Notes under the pieces: generated by a model
What the model was told of the DNA's origin: nothing
The model's input: the letters and a program-made list of their open reading frames with translations, nothing else
Database searches by the model: none
Shown here: in pieces, positions 60,227 through 64,000 of the stretch
How positions within the stretch are numbered: the stretch's first letter is position 1
Layout of the letters: the number at the start of each line of letters is the position of its first letter
Position numbers and translations under genes: made by a program
Source: Hyphomicrobiales bacterium
GTDB taxonomy: Bacteria; Pseudomonadota; Alphaproteobacteria; Rhizobiales; JACESI01
Length of the DNA: 64,000 nt
Direction of reading: 5' to 3'
Assembly: GCA_039973685.1 (NCBI GenBank)
Contig: JBDWKL010000021.1
Span: forward strand, 6,004 to 70,003

Positions 60227-60308
60227 CCATCAAACGTTACGTCATAGCGCTTGCCTAATTTGGGCCTGTTCGCTATAGCGGGTAAAATTCAAGTTCGAGG
60301 GAAGCGCA

Positions 60309-60440
60309 ATGGCTGACAAAGATACAGTTATGGATTATCCAGAGCATAACAAAACATACGCAATGTTTTTAGGCATGGCGAAATGGGGCACGATTGCTGT
60401 GATACTCATTTTGGTTTTGATGGCATTTTTCCTGCTCTAA
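60309..60440 (+). CDS. 43-aa membrane peptide, aa3-type cytochrome oxidase subunit IV-like
   Basis: MADKDTVMDYPEHNKTYAMFLGMAKWGTIAVILILVLMAFFLL. The H-x2-TY-x2-F motif plus a single TM matches my memory of the COX4_pro_2 family. Absent from the ORF track (shorter than 60 aa). Confidence 0.55.
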   Translation: MADKDTVMDYPEHNKTYAMFLGMAKWGTIAVILILVLMAFFLL

Positions 60441-60461
60441 TCGCAGGTCTCAATAAAAAAC

Positions 60462-60492
60462 AAAAAAGGCGGTTCAAAACCCGCCTTTATTT
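60462..60492. terminator. bidirectional intrinsic terminator
   Basis: AAAAAAGGCGG-TTCAAAAC-CCGCCTTTATTT between convergent genes. Confidence 0.75.
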
Positions 60493-60532
60493 CATTTAGC
60501 ATTGATAATTTAATGGCGCTGAAAAGTGCCAT

Positions 60533-61372
60533 TTAAGCATCTTTAGGTTTTGCGCTTACACGCGCCAATCCGTCTACAGCTGGCTTATGTTTTGGTTTCA
60601 CGCGCAAAGCCCGCTGAAAAGAAGTTTTCGCAGAGCGTTTATCGCCAAGCTGCTCTTCCGCAAATCCTCTATTCGTCCAAGCCGTGTGCGAGCTTCTGTC
60701 CCGTCGCAGCGCTTCATTGAAGTCGACCAGCGCACTTTTCACATTCCCAATCGCCAAATAACTTGCGCCACGGCCATTCCAAGGCGCAGCAGCACGGGGA
60801 GCTAATGAAATTGCGGTTGTAAAATCGTCAATGGCTTCATTGTTGCGATTATTAATCTGGAACAATAATCCACGGTTATGAAATGCTCTCGGATCTGTTG
60901 TGCCTAAAGAAATTGCTTGATTGTAATCTCTAAGCGCATCATCAGCTCTGCCTTGCGTACGATATAAATTACCGCGCCCAATATAAGCCACATCATAAGA
61001 GCGGTTTATTCGTAGAGCCTTGTTGTAGTCTTGAAGAGCGCCTTGCTGATTGCCTGTTGCACGCAGAACAAGCGCACGGTTTGCATAAGCTTGATAAAAA
61101 TCATTATCAATGCGCAGGGCTTCATTGAAATCAGCCAAAGCAAGTTTAAAACGAGTCGCTGAACCATAAGCAGAGCCGCGTGTGTTAAACGCTGCTGCAT
61201 TATTGGGACTGTTACGAATAACTTCAGTTAATGACGCTATATTGCCAGAAGACGCTGTCGCTGGATCAACCGCTTCAAGTTCAATAAATGAACTATTACT
61301 CTGACAACCAGCAATAACCAAGCCAAGCAAAAGCGGCCATGCGGTTCTAAGTTGTTTCATTTGCAACGCCAT
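60533..61372 (-). CDS. TPR-repeat lipoprotein
   Basis: Lipobox LVIAGC, then at least six TPR-like units with recurrent A..D.N.AL/I motifs. Confidence 0.75.
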   Translation of the reverse strand: MALQMKQLRTAWPLLLGLVIAGCQSNSSFIELEAVDPATASSGNIASLTEVIRNSPNNAAAFNTRGSAYGSATRFKLALADFNEALRIDNDFYQAYANRALVLRATGNQQGALQDYNKALRINRSYDVAYIGRGNLYRTQGRADDALRDYNQAISLGTTDPRAFHNRGLLFQINNRNNEAIDDFTTAISLAPRAAAPWNGRGASYLAIGNVKSALVDFNEALRRDRSSHTAWTNRGFAEEQLGDKRSAKTSFQRALRVKPKHKPAVDGLARVSAKPKDA

Positions 61373-61538
61373 CTCTTCTCGTCCAATTAAGACAGGACCT
61401 TATCACCACGAAGATGTCTGCAGGTCAAATCATAAGTAGTGTTGAATCATTAATACACGTTACAGTTACAAATAAATAGAGCCGGGATACGCTTTGATCA
61501 ACGTCCCAGCCCTGAATATTCATTACTTCGCGAAAATA

Positions 61539-61763
61539 CTAGCGGCGAGGCTTGCTTGGCAAGAGACCTTCGCGCTGCATCTTTTTGCGCGCAAGTTTGC
61601 GCGTGCGGCGAATGGCTTCAGCCTTTTCACGCGCTCTTTTTTCAGACGGCTTCTCATAAAAATTACGAAGCTTCATTTCACGGAAAATGCCTTCACGTTG
61701 CATTTTCTTTTTCAGCGCACGAAGCGCTTGGTCAACATTGTTGTCACGAACCAGTACTTGCAC
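61539..61763 (-). CDS. rpsU: 30S ribosomal protein S21
   Basis: [31 protein letters not shown]. Confidence 0.9.
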   Translation of the reverse strand: MQVLVRDNNVDQALRALKKKMQREGIFREMKLRNFYEKPSEKRAREKAEAIRRTRKLARKKMQREGLLPSKPRR

Positions 61764-61944
61764 TCGTTCTTCCTATCTTTGTTAATTTTTGCGAAAGGCG
61801 CAATAAAAAAGGGTCTTCACAGCCCGATAGCGCCATCAAGTGGGCGGTTGATACCAGAAAGCACAAGGCCTGTCTATGGCACAGGTGTGAAAATTCGCGA
61901 AAAAATCGCGAAAAAACCAAGGCAATTCAACAAGATTTGAATCC

Positions 61945-63057
61945 TTATCTAATAGGGCTCAAACGGTTGATATGTCCCATTTTACGCCCTGCCTTAACCT
62001 GATGCTTGGCGTAATCATGGAAATGAACGTTACGTTCCTTGGCATAGTCAGCCCAATTGTGAATATCATCACCAAGCAGATTGGTCATCACCACATCTGC
62101 ATGACGATCACAAGGCTGCAAAGGCCAGCCAGCGACGGCGCGCATGTGCTGCTCAAACTGCGAATAAGAGCAAGCATCCATCGTCCAGTGACCAGAATTG
62201 TGAACCCGTGGCGCAATTTCATTGACTAGCAATCGAGTTTCGCCACCTTCATCAACCACAAAGAACTCAACGCCCATTGTGCCCACATATTCAAGTTCGC
62301 TCAGAATTTTCTCAGCAATAAGCCGTGCGTCAGCTTTTGCTTGATCTGTGAGGTTGGCTGGTAAAGTGGATGTTTTTAGAATGTGATTTTCATGCACATT
62401 TTCTGCAACATCATAACTACAAGTTTCACCATTCAATCCACGCACAGCAATAACAGAAACTTCACGGCTAAACGGGATGAGTTCTTCCAATATTAGCGGC
62501 ACACTGCCTAACTCATTGACGGCCTCAACTGCAGGCATTGGTTTTTCAGCGCGGAGCATCACCTGCCCCTTGCCATCATAACCAAAGCGTCTGGTTTTCA
62601 AGACCCCATTTCCACCAAACTCAGCCAGCGCCTCTTCAAGCTCTGCACCCGTTTCAATAGCTGCAAATCCTGCAACGGTGGCACCACATTTTTGTAAAAA
62701 CTGCTTTTCAACCAAACGGTCCTGAGACACTTCCAGCGCCCGTGGATTAGGCCTTACAGGGCAAAACTGGGATAAGAATTCAACGGTAGAAACCGGAATG
62801 TTTTCAAACTCATAAGTGACCACATCAACGCTTTTGGCAAATTCTGCCAAGGCGGCGCGGTCCTCATATTTTGCGGTCATTCCTTCAACGCAAACATCAA
62901 AGGCTGGGCCTGTCGTTGCGCTGTATACATGGCAGCGAAATCCAAGAGGACTTGCCGCTAAAGCGAGCATCCGGCCAAGTTGTCCGCCGCCCAAAATGCC
63001 GATTGTGCCTCCAAGTGGAAGCGCCTCATCATCACCAATGCGCGTCTTATTCATCAT
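61945..63057 (-). CDS. purK: 5-(carboxyamino)imidazole ribonucleotide synthase
   Basis: ATP-grasp motif [12 protein letters not shown] prefer the start MMNKTR at 63057, overlapping purE by 11 nt (the tracked ORF extends to 63093). Confidence 0.85.
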   Translation of the reverse strand: MMNKTRIGDDEALPLGGTIGILGGGQLGRMLALAASPLGFRCHVYSATTGPAFDVCVEGMTAKYEDRAALAEFAKSVDVVTYEFENIPVSTVEFLSQFCPVRPNPRALEVSQDRLVEKQFLQKCGATVAGFAAIETGAELEEALAEFGGNGVLKTRRFGYDGKGQVMLRAEKPMPAVEAVNELGSVPLILEELIPFSREVSVIAVRGLNGETCSYDVAENVHENHILKTSTLPANLTDQAKADARLIAEKILSELEYVGTMGVEFFVVDEGGETRLLVNEIAPRVHNSGHWTMDACSYSQFEQHMRAVAGWPLQPCDRHADVVMTNLLGDDIHNWADYAKERNVHFHDYAKHQVKAGRKMGHINRLSPIR

Positions 63058-63559
63058 GCGGCTCTTCCGCAATTTTTGCCGTTTGGGCCGCACGCCATTG
63101 ATCGAGCTTCTCAGCTAAATCACTATCTTGAAGGGCCAAAACAGCCGCAGAAAGGAGTGCCGCATTGGCCGCCCCCGCTTTGCCAATGGCAAGCGTACCA
63201 ACAGGAATGCCCGCGGGCATTTGAACGATCGATAAAAGACTATCTTGACCTGAAAGCGCTTTTGACTGAACAGGCACACCGAACACAGGCAATGGCGTCA
63301 TGGCAGCACACATACCTGGCAGGTGGGCTGCTCCCCCCGCACCCGCGATGACAACTTGATAGCCTGCGTCTTTCGCCCCTTTGGAAAATTCCACGAGGCG
63401 ATCTGGTGTTCGGTGGGCTGAAACGATCTTCGCATCATAGCTCACACCCAACTCATCAAGGATATCCGCGCCATGCTTCATGGTTGGCCAATCAGACTGG
63501 CTACCCATAATAATTGCAACTCTTGGGGACTTATCACCCATATCATGTCTTTCGTTCAA
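63047..63559 (-). CDS. purE: N5-CAIR mutase
   Basis: [11 protein letters not shown] and [10 protein letters not shown] motifs. Confidence 0.9.
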   Translation of the reverse strand: MNERHDMGDKSPRVAIIMGSQSDWPTMKHGADILDELGVSYDAKIVSAHRTPDRLVEFSKGAKDAGYQVVIAGAGGAAHLPGMCAAMTPLPVFGVPVQSKALSGQDSLLSIVQMPAGIPVGTLAIGKAGAANAALLSAAVLALQDSDLAEKLDQWRAAQTAKIAEEPHDE

Positions 63560-63737
63560 CTATATCAGGAGAAGGCGCGACTATACTCAGCATCCTTGGC
63601 GACGCAAGGAAAAGCGTAAAACTTTGTGCGTAAACTTAAGATTTGCCACACGATGAATGCAAAATGGCTGGCTCAGTTAATTTTTGACCAGCGCTTCCAC
63701 ACTATAACCGCGCCTCTAACATGGAGCACATAGTGTC

Positions 63738-64000
63738 ATGATGGCTGTTGACATTAACGACCTATCACCGGAAGCGCAGTCCCATATTTCTGCCTTGGCT
63801 GAAGAGAATGATCACCTCAAAAAGCAGATAGAAAAGCTCGCAAAAATTGCTGTTGAAGACGAGTTAACAGGGCTTTTAAATCGGCGCGGGTTTTCGCGCT
63901 CACTTAATAGCGCCGTCTCTTATGCCCACCGATATTCAGTACCCGCTTGTCTTTTATATATAGATCTCAACGAATTCAAGCAGATCAACGACACATATGG
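63738..64000 (+). CDS. GGDEF-domain protein, 3' end off-window
   Basis: ATG 63738. Coiled N-terminus, then EDELTGLLNRRGF ... LLYIDLNEFKQINDTYG, which is the start of a GGDEF domain. Truncated by the window edge. Confidence 0.75.
   Translation, partial: MMAVDINDLSPEAQSHISALAEENDHLKKQIEKLAKIAVEDELTGLLNRRGFSRSLNSAVSYAHRYSVPACLLYIDLNEFKQINDTY

Noticed and set aside
61895-61916. Perfect tandem duplication TCGCGAAAAAA x2 between purK and rpsU.
   Set aside because: It most simply forms a short hairpin (CGCGA-U5-UCGCG on the minus strand) in a T-rich context. That would be a weak purK terminator or phased A-tracts upstream of the rpsU promoter. It is too short to argue for more.
61494-62002. Two overlapping 148-aa plus-strand ORFs across rpsU and its upstream region.
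   Set aside because: They are antisense to the unmistakable S21 gene and run across its promoter region. No RBS and no recognisable motifs.

Overview
This window reads as a core-chromosome segment of an alphaproteobacterium. The gene content suggests a Rhizobiales/Hyphomicrobiales-like or other dimorphic lineage: cpdR, rcdA, gapR, an orphan tacA-like sigma54 activator, phaR-phaAB, metXW, DUF1036/1192/1244/2125-type families and a ROSE-type hsp20 leader. I call about 62 protein genes and 1 tRNA (Val-GAC). Two genes shorter than 60 aa are missing from the ORF track: rpmJ and a 43-aa CoxIV-like membrane peptide. Most of the content is housekeeping: efp, suhB, qor, galU, galE, gltBD, pyk, pepF, gloB, metXW, hisC-tyrC, rpsU, purEK and peptidoglycan-remodelling enzymes. 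I found no transposase, integrase, phage, CRISPR, toxin-antitoxin or recognisable defence genes, so there is no clear-cut island. The most unusual items are: (1) an orphan MotA/MotB-like stator pair with coiled-coil extensions and no flagellar, Tol or Ton context (8338..10365); (2) a perfect CtrA-type box followed by a structured RNA and a strong intrinsic terminator between DUF1192 and rcdA, plus two more perfect TTAA-N7-TTAA boxes upstream of the tacA-like gene and of a DUF882 peptidoglycan peptidase gene; (3) a signalling cluster pairing a REC-fused degenerate kinase-like protein with a GAF-PAS-PAS histidine kinase and an Rcp-like regulator; (4) an orphan Flp-type pilin with a Pro/Ser-rich tail next to a CHASE2-GGDEF cyclase in an AT-rich stretch; (5) a poly-Lys/G-x5-FG/poly-Lys motif shared by two unrelated periplasmic cell-wall enzymes. 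All family assignments were made by eye from motifs. No database search, HMM scan or RNA folding was run, so start codons and RNA elements in particular need computational confirmation.
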